Below are positions 50,011 through 60,325 of a stretch of DNA of 64,000 bases, one piece after another; position 1 is the stretch's first letter; the number at the start of each line of letters is the position of its first letter. Source of the DNA: Acidobacteriaceae bacterium (lineage in GTDB: Bacteria > Acidobacteriota > Terriglobia > Terriglobales > Acidobacteriaceae). A program made the translations under genes and the position numbers. The DNA lies in assembly GCA_036500805.1 (NCBI GenBank), contig DASYBK010000080.1, positions 1,719-65,718 on the forward strand. The letters are read 5' to 3'. The notes under the pieces were generated by a model. It worked only from the letters and a program-made list of their open reading frames with translations, did not search any database and had not been told where the DNA came from.

Positions 50011-52710
50011 TTATGGTAGCGGCTTGCCAGCGGCAGCATCGGGATTTGCGGCGGCACGTATCTCAGTCTTCAACTCTTCGAGCAGATTCAGCGCCTGCAG
50101 CGGGGTCAGGCTGTTGGTATCGAGCGCGGTGATGCGGTCGAGGATGCGCTGCGAGAGCGGCGTGAAGATGGTCAACTGCAACGGGGCGGAGGCGTCCTCG
50201 GCTTCGAGAGCGACATTACGCTTCTCGGATTTTTCGTGCTGTGCAAGGACGCGGCGCGCGCGCTCGATGACTGAGGCTGGCAAGCCGGCGAGCCGCGCAA
50301 CGTCGATGCCGTAGCTCTTGCTGGCTGCGCCGGGCTCGATGGTATGCAGGAAGGCGATGCCGGCCGGCGACTCCTTGACCGCGACGCGCAGATTGCTGAG
50401 GCGGGGAAGTTGGTCGGCGAGCAGGGTGAGCTCGTGGTAGTGGGTGGCGAAGAGGGTGCGCGCGCCGATGCGGCCATGGATGTACTCGAGCGTCGCCCAA
50501 GCGAGTGAAAGACCGTCGAAGGTAGCGGTGCCGCGTCCCATTTCGTCGAGAAGAATCAGCGATTGCCTGGTTGCGGTGTTCAGGATAGTGGCGGTTTCGG
50601 TCATCTCCACCATGAAGGTAGAGCGGCCGCGCGCCACGTTGTCGCTGGCGCCGATGCGGGTGTAGACGCGGTCGACGGGAGCGAAGCGCATGCGCGCGGC
50701 GGGGACGAACGAGCCCATCTGCGCCATGATAACGAGCAGCGCGGCCTGACGAAGATAGGTGGATTTTCCGCCCATGTTGGGGCCAGTCAGCAGCAGGACG
50801 GCCGGGCCATCGGTCGAAAGATAGAGGTCGTTGGGGACGAACCGGCCTTCGGCGTTCTCCTCCATGCGGCACTCGACGACAGGATGGCGCGCGGCTGCGG
50901 CTTCGAGCACGCATTCTTCCGTGAGCGTGGGACGCGTGTAGTTGCGCAGCGCGGCGACGTGCGCGAAGTTGACGAGCAGGTCGAGCTCGGCGACTAGGGT
51001 AGCACTGCGGCGAATGCGCGGCGCGGCGGCAAGGATGGTGGCGCGCAGCTCGGCGAAGAGACGGCGCTCAATTTCGATCGCGCGCTCGTGCGCGGTGAGA
51101 ACGCGAGTTTCGTAGTCCTTGAGCTCGGGGGTGGTGAACCGCTCGGCGTTGACCAAGGTCTGCTTGCGCTCGTAGTCGGCGGGGGCGGACTTGAGATTGG
51201 CCTTGGTGATCTCGATGTAGTAGCCGAAGACATTGTTAAAGCGAACCTTTAAGGATCCGATGCCCGTCCGCTGTCGCTCACGCTCCTCGATGGCGGCGAT
51301 GGACTGACGACCGCTCTGGCTGAGGGTACGGAGCTCGTCGAGCTCCGGGTGGACGCCTGCGGCGATGACCCCGCCCTCGGCGAGAGTAAGAGGCGGCTCA
51401 GGGAGAAGCGAATTCGTAATCGCGCTGTGCACGTCTTCGAGGCGATCGAGATGCTCATGCGCATGCTGCCAGCGCGTTGCTTTGAGCGGGGCTACGGCTG
51501 CGGCGATCAGCGGCAGGCGAGCGAGCGATGCGCCAAGCGCGAGCACATCGCGCGGACCGGCGGAATCGAGCGAGACGCGGCCGAGCAGGCGCTCCATGTC
51601 GAGTACGCCCGCGAAGGCGCGGCGTAGCTCTTCGCGCGGCTGCAGGGCGGTGTGCAGCTCCGCGACTGCATCGAGGCGCGCTTCGATCTCGGCTCGATCG
51701 AGCAGCGGCCGCAGGAGGTTCGAGCGCAGCAGGCGCTTGCCCATGGGGGTCTGGCAGCAATCGAGCGTGTGGAAGAGCGTAGTGCGGGCAGAGGCTTCTG
51801 CGAAGAGCGGCTCGACCAGCTCGAGATTGCGCACGCTGACCGGATCGAGCTCCAGATGCTCGGCCCGCTCGTAGTAGCGCAGGCCATCGATGTGCGAGAG
51901 ATCGCCGGCCTGGGTGGAGCGAACATAATGCAGCGCAGCACCCGCGGCGATGGCTGCGCCCGGATGGCCGGCGAGCCCGAAGCCGTCGAGCGAGCGGGCA
52001 CCGAGTTGCCGCTCGAGCAGCGGGATGGCGTAGTCGGCGCTGAAGGCCCAGGCGTCCAGTCGGGTCTTGGTGCGGATCGGATCGAGCGCCGCGTTGAGTG
52101 CTTCCGTTGGGTGATTCGGGAAGAGAGAAGTTTCTGCTGCGAGCAATAACTCGGCGGGCTGCTGGCGGCTCAGCTCATCGAGCGAGAGCGATGCGGCGGA
52201 TTTGCCAGCGAATTCGGTGGCGCGGAACTCGCCGGTGGAAAGATCGAGGAGGGCGAGGCCGACGCGGACTTCTTCGGTCCGCTGTGCGGGCGCACTATAG
52301 ATCGCGGCGAGGTAGTTGTTGCGTTCGGAGCGCTGCGCCGGATCGAGCGCCGTGCCGGGCGAGAGGACGCGGGTCACCTCGCGGCGCACGATCTTTTTGG
52401 TGAGCTTGGGATCTTCCATCTGGTCACAGATGGCGATGCGGTAGCCCTTCTGCAGCAGCCGGCCGATGTAGCCCTCGACGGCGTGGTAGGGCACGCCGGC
52501 CATTGGCACCTGGCGCTCGCGGTCGCGCGCGGTCAGAGTGATTTCGAGCTCGCGGGCGGCGAGCTTCGCATCCTCGTAGAAGAGCTCGTAGAAGTCACCC
52601 ATGCGGAAGAAGAGCAGGGCATCCGGATGTTGGGCCTTCGCGGCGAAATACTGCCGCATCAGCGGCGTCTGGACCGCCTCGGTGGATTCGAATGGGGGGC
52701 TGGCTGACAC
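50011..52710 (-). CDS. mutS: DNA mismatch repair protein MutS
   Basis: TPLMRQY, GDFYELF, TGPNMGGKST, STFMVEM, DEMGRGT, FATHYHE. Confidence 0.98.
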   Translation of the reverse strand: MSASPPFESTEAVQTPLMRQYFAAKAQHPDALLFFRMGDFYELFYEDAKLAARELEITLTARDRERQVPMAGVPYHAVEGYIGRLLQKGYRIAICDQMEDPKLTKKIVRREVTRVLSPGTALDPAQRSERNNYLAAIYSAPAQRTEEVRVGLALLDLSTGEFRATEFAGKSAASLSLDELSRQQPAELLLAAETSLFPNHPTEALNAALDPIRTKTRLDAWAFSADYAIPLLERQLGARSLDGFGLAGHPGAAIAAGAALHYVRSTQAGDLSHIDGLRYYERAEHLELDPVSVRNLELVEPLFAEASARTTLFHTLDCCQTPMGKRLLRSNLLRPLLDRAEIEARLDAVAELHTALQPREELRRAFAGVLDMERLLGRVSLDSAGPRDVLALGASLARLPLIAAAVAPLKATRWQHAHEHLDRLEDVHSAITNSLLPEPPLTLAEGGVIAAGVHPELDELRTLSQSGRQSIAAIEERERQRTGIGSLKVRFNNVFGYYIEITKANLKSAPADYERKQTLVNAERFTTPELKDYETRVLTAHERAIEIERRLFAELRATILAAAPRIRRSATLVAELDLLVNFAHVAALRNYTRPTLTEECVLEAAAARHPVVECRMEENAEGRFVPNDLYLSTDGPAVLLLTGPNMGGKSTYLRQAALLVIMAQMGSFVPAARMRFAPVDRVYTRIGASDNVARGRSTFMVEMTETATILNTATRQSLILLDEMGRGTATFDGLSLAWATLEYIHGRIGARTLFATHYHELTLLADQLPRLSNLRVAVKESPAGIAFLHTIEPGAASKSYGIDVARLAGLPASVIERARRVLAQHEKSEKRNVALEAEDASAPLQLTIFTPLSQRILDRITALDTNSLTPLQALNLLEELKTEIRAAANPDAAAGKPLP

Positions 52711-52758
52711 GGAAACGCCAGCATACCTTGTAGGCCATGCTGGCGGTAGTGGCCGATG

Positions 52759-53025
52759 CTAATCGGTGTTGGTGTAGATCGCGTCGGAACCGTGCTGCTT
52801 CACCATTTTGTTATAGATACCGAGCAGCAGGAAGGGAGCGGCCCACTGACCGAAGAAGAGCGCGGTATGATTCTTGCCCTGGAGCTTGGCGATGAGCGAA
52901 GCGACCATGGAAGCGCCCGCAGCGCCGAGGTAAAAACTTGAGGGCAGTTGCGCGGAATAGCTTTCGAGCAACGAAGTGACCTGATCCTCTTCGATGTCTC
53001 CTGCGCGTACGCGATAATCCGTCAT
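52759..53025 (-). CDS. Small hypothetical membrane protein
   Basis: AGGAGA RBS; two short hydrophobic segments (ALFFGQWAAPFLLLGIYNK). Confidence 0.7.
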   Translation of the reverse strand: MTDYRVRAGDIEEDQVTSLLESYSAQLPSSFYLGAAGASMVASLIAKLQGKNHTALFFGQWAAPFLLLGIYNKMVKQHGSDAIYTNTD

Positions 53026-53160
53026 GCGAAATCTCTCCTTGGGGCCGCGTCTCTCCGATGGGAGCTCGACGGCGCTCCCCAAAGAAGATGCGAGCGCGAT
53101 GACGGAAGTCAACCCGGGAAGAGGATTCTTTTCGCGGGCAGTTTCGGTGCGGTAAAAAGT

Positions 53161-53901
53161 TCACGCTGAACCGGCCACGCGATTCGTGGCGTTCTGAAGA
53201 CGCGAGAACCGTTGCTGAAAGAGCGAGAGGCATTCGCAACAGCCATCTCGCAGCCCTTGCTTGTCCAGAACACGCACCTGGTGATCGTGATATTCGATGA
53301 GGCCGGCGTTTTCAAGCATGCGCGTGGCGAGCAGAGCCGTGTGCGGCTCGGCATTGAGCAAGGTTGCCAGCAAAGATTCGGAGAGCGGGAAGCGATCGTG
53401 CCCCGGCGCGCGAAGCTGGATCATCTGCAGCCAGCGGCAGAGGCGCTCCTCCGGCGAATGGGTCTGCAGACAGACCGCCATCTGCGCAGCCATTGTGACT
53501 AAATCGAATACATAATCGCCAAGCGCCTGATTCAATGGGGAACGCCTGCTGAGGACCTCGCGCCGCAGATCGGCGGCGCTCATTCGCAGAGCATCGCCAC
53601 CCACCTCGGCGACGGTGGAGAGCGGTGAGATATTGCGCCCGAGCCATAGTTCAAAGCCGGCTACGCCTTCGTTGCCGGCCAGGCTGACCGGGATGCTGGC
53701 GCGGCTGCGAACAGGTTGCGAGGTGAAGATGACCGCGCCCTGGATAAACCAGATGAATTCGGCCGGTTGCCCGGCGCGGACGAGCTCCTCTCCATCGGCC
53801 AGCTCCACTCTCTCAAGGAAGGGCTTGAGACGGCTGTGCTCCGCTGTGGGCAGGCCAGAGATGAGTAGATTGGCAGCCATCGCGCTCAACCTCGAGGGCA
53901 C
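53161..53901 (-). CDS. Crp/Fnr family transcriptional regulator
   Basis: N-terminal cNMP-like domain (GNEG), EERLCRWL, and C-terminal winged HTH with GLIEY and CCEC. Confidence 0.8.
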   Translation of the reverse strand: MPSRLSAMAANLLISGLPTAEHSRLKPFLERVELADGEELVRAGQPAEFIWFIQGAVIFTSQPVRSRASIPVSLAGNEGVAGFELWLGRNISPLSTVAEVGGDALRMSAADLRREVLSRRSPLNQALGDYVFDLVTMAAQMAVCLQTHSPEERLCRWLQMIQLRAPGHDRFPLSESLLATLLNAEPHTALLATRMLENAGLIEYHDHQVRVLDKQGLRDGCCECLSLFQQRFSRLQNATNRVAGSA

Positions 53902-54045
53902 CTTTAGGCCCGGATATCTGTGACTATCACTGCTGCCTCTGAGTAATCCATAAGAGAGGCAACCCCCTTTGTTTTTGGACGCGGGAAAAAGCTAGAAGTA
54001 TGTCCGCGGCGCGACATCCACTGCGATCTGCATCGCGGGGTGGAA

Positions 54046-54843
54046 CTACTCTCCCAACATCAGGCGCCGGACGCCGGTGGCGCGGCCGGTGGATGCATCG
54101 CACTCGATCAACAGGGCGCACATTCTCGCATCGCCGCGGGCCGGCTCGAATTTGCCCGGCATTCCACTCAGAAATCTTTGCAGAACAAGCTCTTTCTCCA
54201 CACCAATCACACTGTCATAGGGCCCGCTCATCCCCACATCGGTCTGGTAGGCGGTGCCGTTTGGTAACACCCGCTCGTCCGCAGTGGGCACATGGGTGTG
54301 CGTGCCGAGCACAGCGGTAACCCGGCCATCAAGATACCAGCCGAGTGCCATTTTCTCCGATGTGGCCTCGGCGTGGAAGTCCACCAGGATGATCTTGGCC
54401 TGTATGCCGGCAAGCAGCCGATCTGCGGTGCGGAAGGGATCGTCGCTGGATTGCATGAAGACCCGTCCCTGCAGGTTGAGGACGGCGTAGCCCACACCGG
54501 AGGGCAGCCGGCCCTCGTACAGGCCATAGCCGGGAGTGCCGGCAGGGTAATTCGCCGGGCGCACGATGCGGCGCGGCCTTTCATGACTTTCCGGAGGAAC
54601 GGAGCCGAGATAGTCAATGATCTCGCGTTTGTCCCAGACGTGATTGCCGGTGGTGAGGACATGGGCGCCGAGGTCGAAGAGGTCTTCTGCGATGGGAGGC
54701 GTCAGCCCGAAGCCGCCGGCGGCGTTCTCTGCATTCACGACTACGAGGTCGATCTGACGGTCCTGGATGAGGTGCGGCAGGTGCTCCCGCACAATCCGTC
54801 TTCCCGGACTCCCGAAAACGTCCCCGACAAAGAGCAATTTCAC
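54046..54843 (-). CDS. YmdB-like metallophosphoesterase (TIGR00282)
   Basis: GDVFG, NAENAAGG, TGNHVWD, DFHAEATSEK, GTHTHV. Confidence 0.93.
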   Translation of the reverse strand: MKLLFVGDVFGSPGRRIVREHLPHLIQDRQIDLVVVNAENAAGGFGLTPPIAEDLFDLGAHVLTTGNHVWDKREIIDYLGSVPPESHERPRRIVRPANYPAGTPGYGLYEGRLPSGVGYAVLNLQGRVFMQSSDDPFRTADRLLAGIQAKIILVDFHAEATSEKMALGWYLDGRVTAVLGTHTHVPTADERVLPNGTAYQTDVGMSGPYDSVIGVEKELVLQRFLSGMPGKFEPARGDARMCALLIECDASTGRATGVRRLMLGE

Positions 54844-55026
54844 CTGAAATCGTACCTTTCTTGAGTAACTATGACAGTTCGCTGGTGCAGGGTCTGCAGA
54901 CCCGGAACGGTGCCTGCCGCCGGATAGCAGGCGGATAGGGGCAGATGACCTCCGGGGTTAACTCGAAACCAACGTGATAGGTTCGTCACGAGTGACAGAA
55001 GTCTTTTTTATGTTAGCGTTTCGCTT

Positions 55027-55434
55027 ATGGCAGCCAACACACGCTTCGTGACCGGTGTCCATATTCTGGTCATTCTTTCGCAGAATGACGCGCTGAAAAC
55101 CTCCGCCGATCTCGCCGAGGTTCTTCACACCAACCCTGTCGTCATTCGCAGAATTCTCTCCTCTCTGCAGCAGGCTGATCTTATCGTGAGTCAGAAGGGG
55201 CCATCCGGTGGATCGAAGCTGACTCGTCCTGCCAAATCGATCACGCTTGCCGATGTGCATCGCGCGCTCGATTCGAGCAGTGGATTGAATTTGCCGAAGA
55301 GTAGCGGGGCCGTGGCTTCGAAGATCCACGCCGCCATTGCCAAGGCATATCGTGACTGTCACCGCGCTTTTGAGTCTGAGCTGGGCCGGGTGACACTTGC
55401 AACACTGGCGAAGCGGGCCGGGAAGGCGAAGTAG
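55027..55434 (+). CDS. Rrf2 family transcriptional regulator (no Fe-S Cys triad)
   Basis: NTRFVTGVHIL, TNPVVIRRILSSL, SQKGPSGGSKL, ITLADV. Confidence 0.88.
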   Translation: MAANTRFVTGVHILVILSQNDALKTSADLAEVLHTNPVVIRRILSSLQQADLIVSQKGPSGGSKLTRPAKSITLADVHRALDSSSGLNLPKSSGAVASKIHAAIAKAYRDCHRAFESELGRVTLATLAKRAGKAK

Positions 55435-55551
55435 GACTGGCCGTCCGGGCAAAGGCGCCTTCGGCGCGCTTGCTTCGGTTCGCTTCCTTTGGTCGCTTAC
55501 GTTCGTTTCTGTGGATGACCGCGCGGGCTCTTTCCCGTTCCACGTCTCCCG

Positions 55552-57240
55552 TCATTCAGCACGCGATGCTTCCTCGTCTCGCGGCGCGGCATCGTCCTTC
55601 ATGGGCCGCATCAACGGGAAGAGAATCACATCGCGGATGGAGCGCGCGCCGGTAAGGACCATGGTGAGCCGGTCGATGCCGATGCCTTCTCCTGCCGTTG
55701 GAGGCAGGCCGTATGCCAGCGCCCGCACGTAGTCTTCATCTGTCTGGTGCGCTTCCTCGTCGCCGCGCTCGCGCTCGACTAGCTGCTGTTTGAAGCGCCG
55801 CTCCTGATCGACCGGATCGTTCAGCTCGCTGAAGGCGTTTCCCAGCTCGAAGCCTCCGATATAGAACTCGAAGCGCTCGACCCAGTCGGGCTCATCGGGC
55901 TTGACCTTGGAGAGCGGCGAGACGGCGAGGGGGAAGTCGTAGATGATGGTGGGCTGGATGAGGTGCGGTTCGGCGAGGAGCTCAAACGTTTCTGCGATTG
56001 CTTTGCCTAGGTTGAAGAAGCCAGGAGGGTTGTAAATCCCATGCGTGCCCCCTTCGACTCCAGCAATCGTATTACGGATATTCCGTTTGCGCGTACTCTC
56101 CTTGCGGCCTTCATCAGTCTTCCAGCGATCCGGGTTTTCACTGACCCACTTGTCCACGGCTTCGCAGGCGGTCTTCAAGAAGGTACGGAAGTGCTCAGCT
56201 GACGAAAAGGCCTCATCGGACGTTTCGATCCTAAGCTCTTCCTTCGCGAACTTTCTGATCGCTTCGCGCATCGTAAAGCGCCGCCACTGTGACAAATCAA
56301 TTGTGGTGCCATTGAACTCGGTCGTTAGCGAGCCGTTCACTTCCATCGCGACAAACTTCACCAGCTCTTCGGTCAGATCCATCAGGTCGTGGTAGTTCGC
56401 GTAGGCCTGGTAGAACTCGAGCATGGTGAATTCGGGATTGTGCTGGGTGGAGACGCCTTCGTTGCGGAAGTTGCGATTGATCTCGTAGACGCGATCGAGG
56501 CCGCCCACGACGAGACGCTTCAGATAAAGCTCCGGCGCGATGCGCAGGAAGAGCGGCATGTCGAGCGCGTTGTGATGCGTGGTGAAGGGCCGAGCCATGG
56601 CGCCGCCCGCGATCTGCTGCATCATGGGCGTTTCCACTTCGAGGTAGCCGCGGTCATCGAAGAAGCGGCGGATGGCACGAAGCACCTGCGCACGCTTCAC
56701 GAAGACCGCGCGCACGTCGGTGTTGATGAAGAGATCGAGATAGCGCTGGCGGTAGCGTAGCTCCACGTCTTCAAGGCCGTGATACTTCTCCGGCAGCGCA
56801 AGCATGGATTTGGTGAGGAAGGTGATGGTGTCCACGTGGACGGTGAGCTCGCCAGTGCGCGTGCGGAAGAGATAGCCGGTGACGCCGATGTGGTCGCCGA
56901 GGTCGAGCAACTTGTAGAGCTGGAAGGCCTGTTCGCCGACGGCATCGAGCCGCACATAGATTTGCAGCCGTTCGCCGCCCTGCTGCAACTGGGCGAAGCC
57001 GGCCTTGCCCTGGCCGCGGATCGCCATGATGCGGCCGGCGATGGATACCTCGACTCGTTCGCCGCCGCGCTCGGGATCGAACTGCTCGGCGGTCCAGCTA
57101 TCGAAGCGCTCGCGCAATGCGGGGATCTCATGCGTGGTGCGGTAGTGATTGGGATAGGCGGCGTGGCCCAATGCGGCGATCTGCTTGAGCTTCTCCTGCC
57201 GCAGCGCAAACAGGCTGCGCTCGAACTCTGACTCGAACAC
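55552..57240 (-). CDS. lysS: Lysyl-tRNA synthetase, class II
   Basis: [24 protein letters not shown]...HNPEF, GIGIDRL; start GTG 57240. Confidence 0.97.
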   Translation of the reverse strand: MFESEFERSLFALRQEKLKQIAALGHAAYPNHYRTTHEIPALRERFDSWTAEQFDPERGGERVEVSIAGRIMAIRGQGKAGFAQLQQGGERLQIYVRLDAVGEQAFQLYKLLDLGDHIGVTGYLFRTRTGELTVHVDTITFLTKSMLALPEKYHGLEDVELRYRQRYLDLFINTDVRAVFVKRAQVLRAIRRFFDDRGYLEVETPMMQQIAGGAMARPFTTHHNALDMPLFLRIAPELYLKRLVVGGLDRVYEINRNFRNEGVSTQHNPEFTMLEFYQAYANYHDLMDLTEELVKFVAMEVNGSLTTEFNGTTIDLSQWRRFTMREAIRKFAKEELRIETSDEAFSSAEHFRTFLKTACEAVDKWVSENPDRWKTDEGRKESTRKRNIRNTIAGVEGGTHGIYNPPGFFNLGKAIAETFELLAEPHLIQPTIIYDFPLAVSPLSKVKPDEPDWVERFEFYIGGFELGNAFSELNDPVDQERRFKQQLVERERGDEEAHQTDEDYVRALAYGLPPTAGEGIGIDRLTMVLTGARSIRDVILFPLMRPMKDDAAPRDEEASRAE

Positions 57241-57358
57241 TCTGCTTCCTTCCGGATGATGGGCTGAAGGCTCAGTATAACGAGTAGGGAACGCGGCTTC
57301 GGCGATGATGTATAACAGCGCAGGGCTGAGAAGCTTGTGCCCAAGGATTGTGGCGGGG

Positions 57359-57637
57359 ATGGCGAACGACAGCGGGAAGAGAGAGGTTGCGGGCACTCCG
57401 CGACCGAACGAAGCGCGGCCACAGCAGAGCGGCGCGATGAAGTCGCTGGTGCAGGTGGAGAGCCTGATCCAGCTTGCGCTGATGCTGCCGGTGGCGACCG
57501 TGGTCGGATGGCTGATCGGCGCAGGCCTGGATAAGTGGCTGCACCAGCACTGGATGTACATCCCCGGCCTGATCCTTGGCGCGACGGCGGGCTTTGTGCA
57601 GATCTTTCGAGTGGTGCTGGCCCACGGCAAGGACTGA
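57359..57637 (+). CDS. ATP synthase accessory protein AtpZ/gene 1 family
   Basis: Two TM segments with [11 protein letters not shown]; first gene before atpB. Confidence 0.75.
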   Translation: MANDSGKREVAGTPRPNEARPQQSGAMKSLVQVESLIQLALMLPVATVVGWLIGAGLDKWLHQHWMYIPGLILGATAGFVQIFRVVLAHGKD

Positions 57638-57667
57638 AACAGGCGAGAATCGCAGCGAATAAACCGA

Positions 57668-58092
57668 TGACTGAATCAGGCTCCCCTACATTGAACGGTT
57701 TTACCGGCGACGACCTGAAGGCGACGCTGACGCATGCCCTGCGCTGGGTGGCGATTCTGGGCGTGGCCGGTGTCGTCGTGACGTGGCTGGCGGCGAGCTG
57801 GCAATCGGCAGTGCTGTTTGTGGTGGGGGCGGCGATCGCTGCGACCGGGCTGCATGAGTCGCAGCGGCTGATGCTGGCGGTCCTGAGCCGCTTCGACGAG
57901 GGCGGGCAGAGCAAGCCGGTTGCCGGCGTGCTGATCTGGTTTTTCCTGCGCCTGATCCTCGCCGGAGTCGTTCTTTATGTTAGCCTTAGGAGTTTACAGG
58001 GCTCGGTGTACGCGCTTTGCGCGGGCCTGGGGCTGGCCGTGGTGGCGCTGACGATCGAGTCCATTCGACTGCTGCGCGCCTGGACTCTCTAG
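57668..58092 (+). CDS. ATP synthase I-like membrane protein
   Basis: Four TM segments directly upstream of atpB. Confidence 0.65.
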
Positions 58093-58141
58093 AGCATCCC
58101 GCCAACTCTCATGGACGTTTAGGAACCGTTACGACACAGCT

Positions 58142-58873
58142 ATGCCAGTTGAGCTTCCGTTCACAGCCTTCCTGAACCACTACTTCGCCGGCCTGGCCAA
58201 CGCCATTCTGGCGATGCTGCATGTGCATCCCAGGTATCCGCAGCGGCCCATCGACAATATCCTGGCGATGGAGATCGTGGTCTTCCTGGTGCTGGTGCTG
58301 TTCTTCGTGGTGGTACGGGCGACGCTGAGCGTGGACAAGCCGGGGCCGGCGCAACATATCGCTGAAATGCTGCACAACGTGGTAAGCGACCAGGCAGAGT
58401 CGATCGTCGGTCACGGCTACGAGCGTTTCGTTCCGTATGTGACCGTTGTATTTGTCTTCATTCTGCTGTGCAACCTGATCGGGTTGATCCCCGGCTTTGT
58501 CACACCGACGTCGAAGCCATATGTCCCGCTTGCGCTAGCCACCCTGACCTTTCTCTACTACCAGTACCAGGGCATTCGCGCCAATGGATTCGGATACATC
58601 AAGCAGTTCCTGGGGCCGATCTGGTGGATCGCCCCCCTGATGCTGCCGATCGAGATCATCTCCCACGCGGCGCGTGTCCTTTCGCTCACTGTTCGTCTCT
58701 ACGCGAACATGTTTGCCAGCGATATGGTGATCCTGGTCTTCTTCTCGCTGATTCCGATCTTGGGATCGGTGCCGTTTCTTGCTCTGCACGCGGGCGTCTC
58801 GATTATTCAGGCGGTGGTGTTTATGCTGCTGACGCTGATCTATTTGTCGCAGGCCACGGCGCACGAGCACTAA
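58142..58873 (+). CDS. atpB: F0F1 ATP synthase subunit a
   Basis: NLIGLIPG, SLTVRLYANM, IQAVVFMLLT. Confidence 0.95.
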   Translation: MPVELPFTAFLNHYFAGLANAILAMLHVHPRYPQRPIDNILAMEIVVFLVLVLFFVVVRATLSVDKPGPAQHIAEMLHNVVSDQAESIVGHGYERFVPYVTVVFVFILLCNLIGLIPGFVTPTSKPYVPLALATLTFLYYQYQGIRANGFGYIKQFLGPIWWIAPLMLPIEIISHAARVLSLTVRLYANMFASDMVILVFFSLIPILGSVPFLALHAGVSIIQAVVFMLLTLIYLSQATAHEH

Positions 58874-59034
58874 AGATTTTTCCGGCTTGCTGCGCATTGT
58901 GCGTAGGGCCGAATCGACATTTCGGATGGGGAGCGCTCCGCCCTGTCTGCATCGGCCGTCAGCGTGAGGGTGCCAGCACGGTGAGCATCAACCACCCACT
59001 GACGGTACATTTTCGGGAGCTACGGAGAACCACA

Positions 59035-59361
59035 ATGCGGAAACTGCAAATCCTCTTCACGATGCTGGGCGTGCTGTTCCTGGCCGCGCCGGCATTCGCA
59101 CAAGGAGCCGGCGGCGGCGATAGCATGGCCATCGGACTTACCTCGATTGCTGCCGGTCTCGGCATGGGCCTGGCGGCCGGGCTTTGCGGTCTGGGCCAGG
59201 GCCGCGCCACTGCATCGGCCACGGAAGCGCTGGCGCGCAATCCAGGGGCTCGTCCGGGCATCCTGCTGTTGCTGACGCTGGGCCTCGCATTCATCGAGTC
59301 GCTGTCGCTGTTCACGCTGGTCATCATCTTCGTGAAGGTGCGGGCGACGATTTCGCAATAG
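59035..59361 (+). CDS. atpE: F0F1 ATP synthase subunit c with N-terminal signal-like extension
   Basis: GLGQG, ARNP loop, FIESL; GGAGA RBS before ATG 59035. Confidence 0.95.
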   Translation: MRKLQILFTMLGVLFLAAPAFAQGAGGGDSMAIGLTSIAAGLGMGLAAGLCGLGQGRATASATEALARNPGARPGILLLLTLGLAFIESLSLFTLVIIFVKVRATISQ

Positions 59362-59375
59362 AGTTCTGTGATTCA

Positions 59376-59410
59376 GAGCCCCTGGTCATTTGGCCGGGGG
59401 CTTTTGCTTT
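59376..59410 (+). terminator. Intrinsic terminator after atpE
   Basis: GAGCCCCTGGTCA-tt-TGGCCGGGGGCTT stem followed by TTGCTTT. Confidence 0.75.
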
Positions 59411-59440
59411 CCTGGCACAAGGTGCGGCTAGGATGCTGGT

Positions 59441-60325
59441 ATGTCTGCCGCGCTCGTCTTTGACCAAGTCTCGAAATATTTCGGAAAGACGCGGGCGATC
59501 GAGGATGTGAGCTTCACGGTCGAACCGGGCGAGATTCTGGGACTGGTGGGGCCGAACGGCGCGGGGAAGACCACGGCGCTGCAGATCGCCGCTGGATTTC
59601 TGCTGCCAACGTCGGGTGGCGGGTTGCTGATGGGGCGGAGATTCGCGGATGCTCTCGCGCGACGGCAGTTGGGATTTGTGCCGGATGCGCCGGTGTTTTT
59701 CGGCGGAAACGCACTGGATGCCTTGCGCTTCGCTGCGCAACTGAGCGATGCGAAACCAACGCGCGATGCCATGGAGCGTCTCCTGCGGCGCGTTGGACTG
59801 ATCGAATGGAGGCGCGATGTGCGGCGCTTCTCGCGCGGCATGCAGCAGCGGCTGGCACTGGCCATGGCGCTGGTTCACCGGCCGAAGGTGCTGATCCTGG
59901 ACGAGCCTGCGTCGGCGCTTGATCCGCAGGGCGTGCTTGATATACGCACGCTGCTCGGCGAACTGCGCGCAGAGGGCGCTGCCATTCTGCTCAGCTCGCA
60001 CCAGCTCAGCGAGATCGCCCTGGTGAGCGATCGTATTGCGTTTCTACATGAAGGGCGGCTGGTGCGCTACGGGCGCCTTCACGAATTGCTGAAGCCTACC
60101 GGCGAGGTGGAAGTTGTGCTGCGCAACTTCACGGCAGATGCCGGCTTTATCGCGCAGTGGGGCGGGGCAGGCGAGTCGGGTGCCTGGAAGGTCGCAGCGA
60201 GCGATGTGCGGAGATTTCTTGAAAGCGCCTGGGCGGCTGGGGCCGAGCTGGTGAGCGTAACGCCGGTACGCGGTGACCTGACGACGTTATTTCTGGAGTG
60301 GACTGGCGGCGAGGCGCGTCGGTGA
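59441..60325 (+). CDS. ABC transporter ATP-binding protein
   Basis: GPNGAGKTT, FSRGMQQR, LILDEP, SSH. Confidence 0.93.
   Translation: MSAALVFDQVSKYFGKTRAIEDVSFTVEPGEILGLVGPNGAGKTTALQIAAGFLLPTSGGGLLMGRRFADALARRQLGFVPDAPVFFGGNALDALRFAAQLSDAKPTRDAMERLLRRVGLIEWRRDVRRFSRGMQQRLALAMALVHRPKVLILDEPASALDPQGVLDIRTLLGELRAEGAAILLSSHQLSEIALVSDRIAFLHEGRLVRYGRLHELLKPTGEVEVVLRNFTADAGFIAQWGGAGESGAWKVAASDVRRFLESAWAAGAELVSVTPVRGDLTTLFLEWTGGEARR

Noticed and set aside
54844-55026. Possible 6S RNA or other ncRNA upstream of the ymdB-like gene
   Set aside because: Only short palindromes are visible (e.g. GGGTCTGCAGACCC), with no long rod structure. An Rfam scan would be needed.
55440-55510. CTTCG-rich stretch between rrf2 and lysS
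   Set aside because: Imperfect short hairpins; too degenerate to assign to the REP family or call a terminator.
55985-56335. Intein or intron in lysS
   Set aside because: No Cys/Ser start with His-Asn end, too short, and the frame is uninterrupted. Kept only as a variable insert.
57359-59361. N-ATPase operon
   Set aside because: There is no atpDC upstream or atpFAG downstream, and the Na+ motif is incomplete. It fits an ordinary split F0 operon.
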